This document shows positions 49,512 through 59,419 of a stretch of 64,000 bases of DNA, piece by piece. Origin of the DNA: an uncultured Chloroflexia bacterium (GTDB taxonomy: Bacteria; Chloroflexota; Limnocylindria; Limnocylindrales; CSP1-4); NCBI GenBank assembly GCA_963720755.1, contig CAVRGP010000015.1:489502-553501 (forward strand), in the 5' to 3' direction. The position numbers and the translations under genes were made by a program. The notes under the pieces are model-generated. The model saw only the letters and a program-made list of their open reading frames with translations. It was not told where the DNA came from and did not search any database. The first letter of the stretch is position 1. Each line of letters begins with the position of its first letter.

Positions 49512-51614
49512 TCAGGCGGCGGACGCCGGATCCGAATCGGCTGCGGCCACCGCCACCGGTTCTGGGGTCGCCTTCCGACGCGTACCCGCCCGGGCACGTC
49601 GCGCAGCCGGCTGCTTCTTGGCCGGGGGCGCGGCAGGGGCCTCCTCGGCGACCCGGATCGAGCGTCGGGCGACCTTCCGTTTCGTCGCCGATGCGATGAT
49701 CAACTCGGCATCCGGAGATCCGAACAGGGCAAGCGCCAGGCGGGCCTTCGCCGCGTTCTGACCCTCGGTGAATTCGAAGCCCACCATCGATCGCCCGCGG
49801 TCATCCGACCAGGTCACCCGGGTCTGACCGTCGAACTCGAGCGTGGGGCCATCAGGGAACTCGACCGACAGCCGAGTGTGTTCCGCGATCGGGATCGCGA
49901 GCGGGAGCTCTACCCGAGCGCCGGTCAGCGACATGTCGCGAACGGTCACCTCGATGTCGTCGATGCGGGCGAGCAGATCCGTCGTGAACCGGACACTCGA
50001 GCGACGTTCAGCAGCGTACTGCGGCGCGCGAACGCGGCGAATGGCGAGCCAGACGAGCACGACGTTGAGCATCATCCAGCCGAAGGAGGCATGGACGGCC
50101 CAGGGCACGCTGTAGTGGACCGGGGTCATCCCCATCAGCGTCAGCGCATACCAGGTGACTGCCAGGAAGGTCAGGGCGAGGATCGCCGTCAACAGACCGG
50201 GCACGTGCGTGGCGGTCCGCCCATCCGCCGTCCGGCCCTTGGGAGTGACCTTGAAGGCAGGGTGCTGGCGGGAGAACAGGGTCGTTGTGGCCAGGAGGTT
50301 CGGGGTCATCCGGACGAACTCGAACACGAGCGACAGGCTGAGCCGATGACATCCGCGCGACAGGGCCGCCAACGCGGCCTGCGACAGGATGAACGCCGTT
50401 CCGAACGCGATGATGAACGTCGCCGCCGGAGCGTTGATCGGGACGGCGCCGGTCGCGATCACGATCATCGGCAGGAGGACGTAGCCGAGCGTTCGCCAGG
50501 CATCGAACCAACCGAGGAGCGTTGCGGCGTACGTCAGGCGCTGACCCAGGGTCAGATTGGGCACGACCAGCGGATTCTCGGTCCGGAGGACCTGCATCGC
50601 GCCGGTCCCCCAGCGGAGGCGTTGCTGTTGATAGGTCGCCGCGTCCGGAGCCGCCAGGCCGCGGGCTAGGACCTCGTTGTGATACAGCGTCTTCCAGCCC
50701 CGTCGGTGCAACCGGATGGTCGTGTGGATGTCCTCGGTGATCGTGTCCGTGGCGACCAGTCCGACGTCGTGGAGGGCCGCGACCCGGACGACCGCGCCGG
50801 TGCCGCACCAGAACGCCCCGCCCCAGCGGTTCTTGCCGGGCTGCAGGACCCGGTAGAACAGGGCCTGTTCGTGGAACCGGCCGGCGGCCTCCGTGGTGCC
50901 GTTCGCAAGCACCCGGGTCGAGCCCCCACCCTCGTGCTCGAACGACTCGAGGTTGTAGAACTCCTGGGGTGTCTGGACGAGGGCAAGATTCGGGTCGTCG
51001 AAGTACCCGAGCGTTCGGACGAGAAAGTCGGGAGATGCGACATGGTCGGCATCGAGGACGGCGATCAGGTCGGCGTCGATGATCCCAAGGGCGTGATTGA
51101 GGTTGCCGGCCTTGGCATGTTCGTGGGTCGGTCGTGCCAGGTAACGAGCACCAAGTTCATCCGCCAGCCGCGCGACCTCAGGTCGGTCGCCGTCATCGAG
51201 CACCCAGGTCTCGTGTGAAACATGCATCACAACCGCGGCCGCGATGGTCGGCATGAGGACTTCGACGCCCTCGTTGTACGTCGGGATCAGGACGGCGACC
51301 CGGCCCCCGGGATCGGACACGTCATAGGTCGCCGGGCGTCGATCGACATCCCACAGCGAGAACGTGAACAGCGCGAGCCCGAGGAAGGCGTGGATCTCCA
51401 GGACGAGGAGCGGGATCGACACCCACCAGACATCGAGCGCGAGCGTCCAGCCGGCCCGCCAGGTCAGGTAGACGAGGGTGACGGTGAGGGCGGTCAGCGC
51501 CGTCGCGCGGATCGCCCAGGCGCGCCGCCGCGATTCGGGCGGAGGGAGTGCCGGGCCGGGTACCGTCGCGCGAAACCAGCTGATCTGGGGTTTCCTGGGG
51601 ACTCGTGTTGCCAT
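49512..51614 (-). CDS. Cellulose synthase-like (BcsA/CesA) GT2 with a C-terminal PilZ domain
   Basis: PTYNE, DDG, HAKAGNLN, DAD, QTPQ, FWCG, TED and QRLRW. PilZ RRSSVR and DMSLTG. The start codon is uncertain (51614 or 51650). Confidence 0.88.
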   Translation of the reverse strand: MATRVPRKPQISWFRATVPGPALPPPESRRRAWAIRATALTALTVTLVYLTWRAGWTLALDVWWVSIPLLVLEIHAFLGLALFTFSLWDVDRRPATYDVSDPGGRVAVLIPTYNEGVEVLMPTIAAAVVMHVSHETWVLDDGDRPEVARLADELGARYLARPTHEHAKAGNLNHALGIIDADLIAVLDADHVASPDFLVRTLGYFDDPNLALVQTPQEFYNLESFEHEGGGSTRVLANGTTEAAGRFHEQALFYRVLQPGKNRWGGAFWCGTGAVVRVAALHDVGLVATDTITEDIHTTIRLHRRGWKTLYHNEVLARGLAAPDAATYQQQRLRWGTGAMQVLRTENPLVVPNLTLGQRLTYAATLLGWFDAWRTLGYVLLPMIVIATGAVPINAPAATFIIAFGTAFILSQAALAALSRGCHRLSLSLVFEFVRMTPNLLATTTLFSRQHPAFKVTPKGRTADGRTATHVPGLLTAILALTFLAVTWYALTLMGMTPVHYSVPWAVHASFGWMMLNVVLVWLAIRRVRAPQYAAERRSSVRFTTDLLARIDDIEVTVRDMSLTGARVELPLAIPIAEHTRLSVEFPDGPTLEFDGQTRVTWSDDRGRSMVGFEFTEGQNAAKARLALALFGSPDAELIIASATKRKVARRSIRVAEEAPAAPPAKKQPAARRARAGTRRKATPEPVAVAAADSDPASAA

Positions 51615-51769
51615 AGGTGCAGTCTCGGGCCGATGGCCGTACTCCTCCATGGCCCATATGGATGGCTGAGTGGCCCCGGATGGCCTACCGGGATATCCTG
51701 CTTCCGGATGGAACGACGCCAGACCGCTCCCGATCCGGTAGGTGCTCCGGATCGCTGGCTCGGCACCGC

Positions 51770-52699
51770 GTGACGGGCGCGCCGCCACTCATCGTCGTGG
51801 CCGGAGCCACCGCCACCGGCAAGACCGCCCTGGCGATCGAACTGGCCGGATCGATCTCCGCCCTTGGGCGCCCGGCCGAGATCATCTCCGCCGACTCTCG
51901 TCAGGTCTTTCGCGGGCTCGACATCGGCACCGCGAAAGCATCGACCCGAGACCGGGATCGCGTGCCGCATCATGGACTCGACCTGGTCGAACCGGATCAG
52001 GCGTTCAGCGTCGCTGATTTCGTCGACCATGTCCGCCCGGTCCTCGAGGACCTGCAGCGCCGCGATGGCGTCGTCATCCTCGCCGGTGGTACCGGGTTGT
52101 ACCTGCGGGCCGTCGCTCGCGGCCTGGACACCGCTTCGCTGCCGTCCGATCCTGGGCTACGGACGCGCCTCGAGGCCGAGATGGCCGACGCCGGACTTCC
52201 TGCCTCGGTCGCCCGGCTGACCGCGATCGCGCCCAGGCTGGCGTCGACGGTGGACCAGCGCAACCCTCGCCGGGTCGTGCGCGCACTCGAGATCGCGGAA
52301 CTTGCGGGGGATGTGCCGCGACCGGCGCACCGCGGATATCCGGGTCTGGTCGCGTGGGTCGGCCTGCGACTGGATGCGGCTCTCCACCGCGAGCGGATCG
52401 CATTCCGGGCTCGCGCTCAGTTCGATTCCGGGCTCCTGGACGAAGCGGCCTCGCTCCGAGCACGGTTCGATCCCACCCTGCCGGCCTTCTCCGCCATCGG
52501 CTATCGCGAGGCGTGGGCGGTCCTCGACGGAGAACTGGGGCGCGACGCGGCCATCGAGGCGGATGCGAAACGAACGGTCGCCTTCGCGCGACGACAGGGG
52601 ACCTGGTTCAGGTCCGAGCCAGGGATCGTCTGGCACGACGTGGGTGACGGGCTCCCGACGGCGACCGCCCTCGACCAGGTTCTGCCGCTGGTCACCTGA
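51770..52699 (+). CDS. miaA: tRNA dimethylallyltransferase
   Basis: GATATGKT, SADSRQV, DIGTAK, GGTGLY and RRQGTWF motifs. Confidence 0.97.
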   Translation: MTGAPPLIVVAGATATGKTALAIELAGSISALGRPAEIISADSRQVFRGLDIGTAKASTRDRDRVPHHGLDLVEPDQAFSVADFVDHVRPVLEDLQRRDGVVILAGGTGLYLRAVARGLDTASLPSDPGLRTRLEAEMADAGLPASVARLTAIAPRLASTVDQRNPRRVVRALEIAELAGDVPRPAHRGYPGLVAWVGLRLDAALHRERIAFRARAQFDSGLLDEAASLRARFDPTLPAFSAIGYREAWAVLDGELGRDAAIEADAKRTVAFARRQGTWFRSEPGIVWHDVGDGLPTATALDQVLPLVT

Positions 52700-52730
52700 C
52701 GCCGGCGTCCCTTGCCTGTCGGAACGTGAA

Positions 52731-52766
52731 GAGACCGGCTCGCTCGGCGAGCCGGTCTCGTTCGTT
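52731..52766. terminator. Bidirectional intrinsic terminator between convergent genes
   Basis: Perfect 13-bp stem GAGACCGGCTCGC-TCG-GCGAGCCGGTCTC with T-rich flanks on both strands. Confidence 0.8.
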
Positions 52767-52780
52767 GATCGGCGGGTGGG

Positions 52781-53287
52781 TCAGCTGGCCGGGGTGGTCG
52801 GTCCGGCCGGTGGCTTCGCCATCGCCGCCGCCGCGGCGGCATTGGCGGCCTGGACCTGGGCCATGGCGGCCTGCTGCTCGGGGGTGAGGAGCGACATCTC
52901 GTGTTCGACGAAGTGCTTCTGCACGCCCGGGTAGTTCAGGTACATGAAGATCCCGATGGCGAGCAGCCATCCGACCGTCTCCGCCTCGACGGTGGATCCG
53001 CCGATGATCGCGAAGAAGCCAAAGATGATCGTGAAGATGCTGATGAAGATGCCGAACGACCAGGCGTACGCCCGGACGTTCCAGAATCCCATCGCCACCC
53101 AGAACCAGATCGCGGCGATCAAGAGAGCCCAGAGCGCCTGACCCCACTGGGGATCCGGGAACGAGACTTCCTTGCCGACAAAGGTAAAGCTTGCGACGCC
53201 GAGAAAGACGAGGGCTCGCCAGATCTCGAATAGCCCCGCCAGTGCGGCGCCGACCGCGAGGAGCGTGACGCCGATCGGTCGATTCAT
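52781..53287 (-). CDS. Conserved 4-TM membrane protein
   Basis: MNRPIGVTLLA...YLNYPGVQKHF. SD GGAGG upstream. Confidence 0.75.
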   Translation of the reverse strand: MNRPIGVTLLAVGAALAGLFEIWRALVFLGVASFTFVGKEVSFPDPQWGQALWALLIAAIWFWVAMGFWNVRAYAWSFGIFISIFTIIFGFFAIIGGSTVEAETVGWLLAIGIFMYLNYPGVQKHFVEHEMSLLTPEQQAAMAQVQAANAAAAAAMAKPPAGPTTPAS

Positions 53288-53431
53288 ACGCTTGGTTGCC
53301 TCCCTGTACGCAGGCCCCGTGGATTCGTCTAGGCCTGAACAAATCCATAGCATAGCGACACGACCCACCAGAAACCACCCGATACCGAACGACGCCGGCC
53401 TGTGCGGACCGACCGACTACACTACGCCCCG

Positions 53432-54757
53432 ATGCCCACCGACCTCATCGATCTCGCCCCGATCATCGAGAAGGCATTCCTCGTGGCGGTCGATACCGGT
53501 TCCAAAGACGGTTGGACCGCCGAGGACTCTCTGGCCGAGTTGGCGAACCTGGCGACGACGGCCGGCGCCGACGTCGTCGGCGCGGAGTGGCAGAACCGTC
53601 GCCACGTCGACCCGAACTGGTACATCGGCAAGGGCAAGGCCGAGGAGCTCGTGGCGGCCAAGCGGGAGACCGGGTTCGACGTCCTCATCGCCGACGACGA
53701 GCTATCACCGGCCCAGCAGCGTGCACTGGAGGGCCTGCTCGGGGTCAAGGTCATCGATCGGAGCCGGCTGATCCTGGACATCTTCGCCCTGCATGCGCAG
53801 ACGCACGAGGGGCGACTCCAGGTCGAGCTGGCGCAGCTCGAGTACCAGCTGCCACGGCTGACCCGGTTGTGGACCCACTTGTCCCGGACCGGTGGTGGGA
53901 TCGGCACGCGGGGTCCTGGCGAGAGCCAGCTCGAGACCGACCGCCGGATCATCCGGACCCGGATCTCGAAGATGAAGGAACGGGTCGAGCAGGTCCGTCA
54001 GCAGCGCGAAACGGCTGCGCGCGGTCGCGATCGACGATTGTGGCCCACCGTCGGGATCGTCGGCTACACGAACGCCGGCAAGTCCACCCTCCTCAATACC
54101 CTCGTGGGCTCGGAGGTCGCGAAGGCGGAGGATCGGCTGTTCGCCACCCTCGATCCGACCAGTCGACAGGTGAAGCTCGGTGACGGCCAGACCGCCATCA
54201 TCACCGACACGGTGGGGTTCATCCATAAGCTGCCCCATCAGCTCGTCGATGCGTTCCGGGCGACCCTGGAGGAGGTCACCCGGGCCGACGTGCTCATCGA
54301 GGTCGTCGACTCGGCTGACGGGCACTTCGTCGAACACCGATCGACGGTCCAGACCGTGCTCGATGAACTCGGTGCGGGCGACAAGCCTCGACTTCTGGCC
54401 TTCAACAAAGCCGACCTCGTCGATGCGACAGCCCTCGATGGGACGGCACCCGCACCGGCGATCGCCGGGTCCGTGCCCGTGTCGGCGCTGACGGGCTACG
54501 GGATCGACACGCTTCGCGCGGAGATCGCCGCACTGCTGGCGTCGCTGTGGATCGATGTGGACGTCGCACTTCCGTACGCTGCCGGCGAGCTTCTGGCCCG
54601 CGTCCGAGAGCGCGGGACGATCGATCTCGAGTACCGCGATCACGATGTGCACGTCGTTGGCCGGGTGGCGCCCTCGCTGGCCGGCGAACTCGAGTCGGTC
54701 GCCGCGCGCTGGGCCAGCGACCTTCGCGAAGCCGAGGCCAGCGGAGCCGACCGGTGA
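53432..54757 (+). CDS. hflX: GTPase HflX
   Basis: GKGK, GPGESQLETDRR, GYTNAGKST, LFATLD, DTVGF and NKAD motifs. Confidence 0.98.
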   Translation: MPTDLIDLAPIIEKAFLVAVDTGSKDGWTAEDSLAELANLATTAGADVVGAEWQNRRHVDPNWYIGKGKAEELVAAKRETGFDVLIADDELSPAQQRALEGLLGVKVIDRSRLILDIFALHAQTHEGRLQVELAQLEYQLPRLTRLWTHLSRTGGGIGTRGPGESQLETDRRIIRTRISKMKERVEQVRQQRETAARGRDRRLWPTVGIVGYTNAGKSTLLNTLVGSEVAKAEDRLFATLDPTSRQVKLGDGQTAIITDTVGFIHKLPHQLVDAFRATLEEVTRADVLIEVVDSADGHFVEHRSTVQTVLDELGAGDKPRLLAFNKADLVDATALDGTAPAPAIAGSVPVSALTGYGIDTLRAEIAALLASLWIDVDVALPYAAGELLARVRERGTIDLEYRDHDVHVVGRVAPSLAGELESVAARWASDLREAEASGADR

Positions 54758-55338
54758 CCGCGACCCCGTTCACGCGAATGGCCGGCTGGGCGACGCTGAT
54801 CGATGGGTCGACGATCACCTGGACCGTGGCCGACGGGCGACGCGGCAGGCGATGGCGTGAGGTCCTCACGGTCGGTCCCGAGGTCCGGCACAGCCTGCTT
54901 CTCGAGACCGGTCCGGACCGACGATTCAGCCACCTCGAGCTGGCTCGCTCAGACGGGCTGTGGACGTTCCACCCGGAGGCCGATCGGACACTGCACGGGA
55001 ACCACGTCGATCGTTCGGTAGCCGGCATCAGCCATGTCGCCGGGATCCCGTTCGAGGCTCGGACCGTGCTGCTCGTGGTCGGCTCGCCGATGAGCCGCGG
55101 GGCCATCGCCTGGGACCTGGCCCAGGATGTCGAGGTGGACTCGGCACTGGAACGTCCCGGGGTCACGATCCACGCCGACGGAACGATCGGCACGACTCCC
55201 GTCCGAATCGTCCGGACCTCGCCGACCCGATGGGCGATCGGCGACGAGACGCCGTTCGACCTCGATGGTGCCGGGATCCCGGTCTTCGCCGATGGTCAGA
55301 CGCGTCCGCTCGAACAACACGACCCGGCTGGTGGATAG
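54754..55338 (+). CDS. Hypothetical protein, translationally coupled to hflX
   Basis: GTGA overlap with the hflX stop and host-like codon usage. No family recognised. Confidence 0.6.
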   Translation: MTATPFTRMAGWATLIDGSTITWTVADGRRGRRWREVLTVGPEVRHSLLLETGPDRRFSHLELARSDGLWTFHPEADRTLHGNHVDRSVAGISHVAGIPFEARTVLLVVGSPMSRGAIAWDLAQDVEVDSALERPGVTIHADGTIGTTPVRIVRTSPTRWAIGDETPFDLDGAGIPVFADGQTRPLEQHDPAGG

Positions 55339-55391
55339 CCTGTGGACAATGCCCTCGAAATCCGCGCGATTCCACGGAAACTCGTGGATAA
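55330..55391 (-). promoter_or_regulatory. Cluster of three co-oriented DnaA-box-like 9-mers
   Basis: GGTGGATAG (55330), TGTGGACAA (55341, reverse complement TTGTCCACA) and CGTGGATAA (55383). Confidence 0.5.
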
Positions 55392-55554
55392 AGGCGTAGC
55401 CAGCCGACCCGATGTCGACTATCGTAGAAATCGCTCGAAGGGGCCCCAGACCGACAGCGGTGTCGCGGATGCAAATCGGCGGCGCTGACTACGGACCGGT
55501 GGTTCCTTCGGGCGTTTCTGTATGCCCGGCGGCCGGCCGGCCCGGCGCGTGGCG

Positions 55555-56508
55555 ATGATCAGAATCCCCGAACTTGAACCGGCGGCGATCCGGGCTGCGC
55601 GTGCTCGGATCGACCCGGCCTTTCTCGACTCGCCGCAGTACGTCCACGATGGGCTCTCCGACCGGCTTGGCGTCACGGTCATCGTCAAGGTCGAGACGTC
55701 GAACCCGATCCGGTCGTTCAAGGGCCGCGGCACGTGGTTCGCGGTCGATGCCCTGGCAGGGGAGGGGAGGATCGGTCCGACCAGGCCGATCGCCTGCGTC
55801 TCGGCCGGCAACTTCGGCCAGGGCGTCGCCTTCGCGGCGCGGGCCTGGGGCATCCCGGCCATCGTCTTCACCTCCACCCACGCCAATCCACGCAAGATCG
55901 AGCAGATGCGCCTGCTCGGCGCGGAGGTCATCTCGACCGGTGCGGACTTCGACGCGGCGCGTGAGGTCTCGGAACGGTACGCCGGGACGCACCCTGTCGA
56001 ACTCCTCGTCGACGGCGATGAGCCCAGCATCTCGACCGGCGCTGCCACGATGGCGGTCGAATGGACCGACGCCGTGACGGCCGGGAACCTGCCGGCGCCG
56101 GTCGTCGTGTCCGTACCGGTGGGCAACGGAGCGCTGATCAACGGCGTCGGAGCCTGGTTGAAGGCGGGATGGCCCGGATGTCGCGTCGTGGGCGTGCAGG
56201 CGGCGGAAGCTGCTGCGATGACGCTCAGCTTCCGGGCCGGCCGGCCGATCGACACCAGCGCGGCCGCGACGTACGCCGATGGGATCGCATCGAGAGTCGC
56301 AATCCCGCGCGCCGTCGCCCTGATGCCGGGGCGCGTCGACGAGATGCGCCTCGTCTCGGAGGAAGACCTGCACGAAGCCCAGGCCGAGCTCACCGAAGCG
56401 CTCGGGATCACGGTGGAGGGCGCGGCGGCTGCCTCCTGGGCCGGCCTGCTGGCGGACCCTCCGAGGGACGGACCGGCCCTCGTCATCGTGACCGGTAGCA
56501 ACATCTAG
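55555..56508 (+). CDS. PLP-dependent threonine/serine dehydratase family protein
   Basis: KVE...SFKGRG, SAGNFGQG, PVGNGAL and VTGSNI motifs. No regulatory domain. Confidence 0.88.
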   Translation: MIRIPELEPAAIRAARARIDPAFLDSPQYVHDGLSDRLGVTVIVKVETSNPIRSFKGRGTWFAVDALAGEGRIGPTRPIACVSAGNFGQGVAFAARAWGIPAIVFTSTHANPRKIEQMRLLGAEVISTGADFDAAREVSERYAGTHPVELLVDGDEPSISTGAATMAVEWTDAVTAGNLPAPVVVSVPVGNGALINGVGAWLKAGWPGCRVVGVQAAEAAAMTLSFRAGRPIDTSAAATYADGIASRVAIPRAVALMPGRVDEMRLVSEEDLHEAQAELTEALGITVEGAAAASWAGLLADPPRDGPALVIVTGSNI

Positions 56509-56549
56509 CCTCGAGAGCGCAGCCCCGCGCTGCGTGCCATCATCCGCCG

Positions 56550-58367
56550 GTGACCCAGCAATTCGCGCGCGTCCCGGTCGACGCGGGAGCCGTCGTCCGT
56601 GAGGTTCGCGGCCTTGGCGGCGTCCCGTGGGCGCGCCTCTTCCGATATCTCCGCCCGAACCGTGGGCGGTTCGCCGTGGCGATCGTCGGCCTGGTCCTGT
56701 CATCGGTCATCGGGCTCGCGTTCCCACTTCTCATCGCCGGGATCACTACCGAGGTCGTCAATGGCGGTGACCCGACCGCCATCGATCGCCTGGTCGTCAT
56801 CCTCATGGCCCTGTTCCTCGTCCAGGCGCTGGGCAGCTTCCTCCAGACGTACCTCCTCGGCGTCGTGGGCGAGCGGGTGGTGGCCCAGCTCCGGGGCGAT
56901 CTGTTCGGGCGATTGGTGACCCTATCGCTCGACTTTTACGCGAGTCGCCGGGTCGGCGAGCTCGTCTCGCGGCTGTCGAGTGACGTGACCCTGGTTCGCA
57001 CGATGCTGACCCAGACCGTGACCAGCCTGCTCTCCTCGGTCATCGGACTCGTGGGCTCGGTCATCATCCTGTTCACCCTCAGTCCGACGCTGCTGCTCAT
57101 CGTCCTGCTGCTGGCGCCAGCACTCATCGCCGTCGCGATCGTGTTCGGCCGGCCGCTCCAGCGGGTCAGTACCCAGGTCCAGGACACCATCGCCCGAAGC
57201 ACGACCACCGCCGAGGAGGCGCTGTCGGGGATCCGGGTCGTCAAGAGCTACGTCCGCGAGGAGTGGGAGCTGGAGCGCTATGACGCCGACTTGCGCACCG
57301 TGGTCGCTACCGGTTCGCGCCTCGCGCTGTGGCGGGCTCTCTTCGGGGCGATGATGGGGTTTCTCGGCTTCGGGGCGTTGGCCGCACTGCTCTGGTACAC
57401 GGGTCATCAAGTCATCGATGGCCAGCTGGGGCTCGGGACCCTGACGGGCTTCCTCCTGTACGGCGTCGCCATCGCGGCAAGTCTTGGCACGATCGCTGGG
57501 TTGTACGGACAATTCCGAGAGGGGACCGGGGCGATCACCCGGGTCTTCGAGATCATCGATACCCGCCCGACCGTGGTCGACGCACCCACCGCCAGACCGA
57601 TCTCGCCGGTCGCGGGGCGGATCGAGCTCGACCGCGTGTCATTCGAGTACCAGCCCGGACGACCCGTCCTTCGCGAGGTCTCGCTCGACATCGCGGCAGG
57701 GGAGACCCTCGCCCTCGTCGGCCCGTCCGGCTCGGGCAAGACGACCCTGACCGGGTTGATCCCGCGCCTGTGGGACGTGACCTCGGGCACGATCCGGATC
57801 GACGGCGTCGACATCCGGGACGTCACCGTCGTCAGCCTGCGCGAGCAGATCGGCCTGGTTGCGCAGGAGGCCACACTGTTCGGTGGCACGATCCGCGAAA
57901 ACATCCTGTACGGGCGGCTGGACGCCACCGATGCGGACGTCACGGACGCGGCGCACGCAGCGAACGCTGCGGACTTCATCGATGCGCTGCCCGAGGGCTA
58001 CGACACCACCGTCGGTGACCGCGGCTCGCGACTTTCCGGCGGGCAGCGCCAGCGCATCGCCATCGCCAGGGCGATCCTCAAGGACCCACCCATCCTCCTC
58101 CTCGACGAGGCGACCAGTTCCCTCGACAACGAGTCCGAGCGACTGGTCCAGGATGCCCTCGATCGACTCAAGGTCGGTCGAACGACGATCATCGTCGCCC
58201 ACCGACTGTCGACGATCAAGGCGGCCGACCGGATCGCGGTCCTCGATGACGGCTGGCTCGTGGAGCTCGGCAGCCAGGCGGAACTCCTGGCCCGGGACGG
58301 CCTGTACGCTCGACTTCATCGAATGCAGTTCGCGGAGAAGCCGGGCCTTGCTGCGATCCCGTCGTGA
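56550..58367 (+). CDS. ABC exporter, fused TMD + ATPase (MsbA-like)
   Basis: GPSGSGKTT, LSGGQRQR, DEATSSLD, AHRLST and a 6-TM domain. Confidence 0.93.
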   Translation: MTQQFARVPVDAGAVVREVRGLGGVPWARLFRYLRPNRGRFAVAIVGLVLSSVIGLAFPLLIAGITTEVVNGGDPTAIDRLVVILMALFLVQALGSFLQTYLLGVVGERVVAQLRGDLFGRLVTLSLDFYASRRVGELVSRLSSDVTLVRTMLTQTVTSLLSSVIGLVGSVIILFTLSPTLLLIVLLLAPALIAVAIVFGRPLQRVSTQVQDTIARSTTTAEEALSGIRVVKSYVREEWELERYDADLRTVVATGSRLALWRALFGAMMGFLGFGALAALLWYTGHQVIDGQLGLGTLTGFLLYGVAIAASLGTIAGLYGQFREGTGAITRVFEIIDTRPTVVDAPTARPISPVAGRIELDRVSFEYQPGRPVLREVSLDIAAGETLALVGPSGSGKTTLTGLIPRLWDVTSGTIRIDGVDIRDVTVVSLREQIGLVAQEATLFGGTIRENILYGRLDATDADVTDAAHAANAADFIDALPEGYDTTVGDRGSRLSGGQRQRIAIARAILKDPPILLLDEATSSLDNESERLVQDALDRLKVGRTTIIVAHRLSTIKAADRIAVLDDGWLVELGSQAELLARDGLYARLHRMQFAEKPGLAAIPS

Positions 58368-58421
58368 CGTCCTGCGTGGATCGACCGACACGCAGGATCA
58401 TCTGCGTGTCATCATCGGACC

Positions 58422-59327
58422 ATGACGGCAGAGAACCCGGGCGTATCGCTGGGTGCCGATGTCACCGACCACCGGTTGACCCGTCCCGATGGCCGCGTCG
58501 TCGCCTGGAGTGAGTCCGGCGTCGCAGACGGTCGGCCCGTCCTCCGGGTGCCCGGGACGCCTGGGTCGAGGTTCTCGATCCGAGCGGGCCGAGAACCATG
58601 GTTCGAGCGCGGGTTGCGGGTCATCACTACCGAACGCCCAGGCTACGGCGCCTCGACCCGACTCGAAGGCCGACTGTTCGCCGAGCACTCGGACGATACG
58701 GCGGCGATCCTCGACGAACTCGGGATCGCCGCGCTTCCGGTCTACGGCGGCAGCGGAGCCTCGCCCCACATCCTCGATCTCGCCGCTCGCCATCCGGATC
58801 GGGTGACGGCGGTCACGGTCCTGGTCGGGGGCGCTCCGATCGAACCGGCCGAAGCAGAACAGATGATCGATATGAATGCCCTCGAGTATCGACTCATCCG
58901 CGAGGGCCGGTTCGACGAGGTCTGGACGCTGATCAGCGAGACCCGCGATGCCATCCTGGCCGACCCGCTCGCTGGGTTCCGTGCCGCCATGGCGTCGTCG
59001 ACCGCCATGGATCGGGCGATCATCGAGGACCCGGAGTGGCAGCGCGGATTCGTCGTCGCCATCACCGACGCGCTTGGTCAGGGACCAGGCGGCTGGTATG
59101 ACGAAAGCGTGGCGATGGAGATGCCGTGGCAGATCGATTTCGGGTCGATCCTGACGTCGGTGACCTGGTGGCACAGCGACGCGGACCGGAATGCGCCGCT
59201 TACGGCGGCTCGACGGGTCGTCGACGCGCTCCCGAATGCCCGATTGCACGTCTGGAGCGATGCCGGCCACCTCAGCGCCTATGAGCACGAGCCCGAGATC
59301 CTCGACGAACTGCTCTCCAGGGGCTGA
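58422..59327 (+). CDS. Alpha/beta hydrolase
   Basis: GTPGSR, ERPGYG, nucleophile elbow GGSGA, D (SDAD) and H (AGH). Confidence 0.88.
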   Translation: MTAENPGVSLGADVTDHRLTRPDGRVVAWSESGVADGRPVLRVPGTPGSRFSIRAGREPWFERGLRVITTERPGYGASTRLEGRLFAEHSDDTAAILDELGIAALPVYGGSGASPHILDLAARHPDRVTAVTVLVGGAPIEPAEAEQMIDMNALEYRLIREGRFDEVWTLISETRDAILADPLAGFRAAMASSTAMDRAIIEDPEWQRGFVVAITDALGQGPGGWYDESVAMEMPWQIDFGSILTSVTWWHSDADRNAPLTAARRVVDALPNARLHVWSDAGHLSAYEHEPEILDELLSRG

Positions 59328-59391
59328 CACGCCGGCGATCCAGAAGACTGGAGCGGTGACCTCGGGGGAGGCGCCTTCATCCCGACCACAT

Positions 59392-59419
59392 ACTTCCGAT
59401 AATGTAAGTTATGTCTACG
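59392..59419. other. dif-type XerC/XerD recombination site
   Basis: ACTTCCGATAA-TGTAAG-TTATGTCTACG has an 11-6-11 layout with an inner ATAA/TTAT palindrome. It is AT-rich and intergenic. Confidence 0.8.

Noticed and set aside
55330-55391. oriC
   Set aside because: Only three boxes, no AT-rich unwinding element, no dnaA/dnaN/gyr context, and a dif site nearby.
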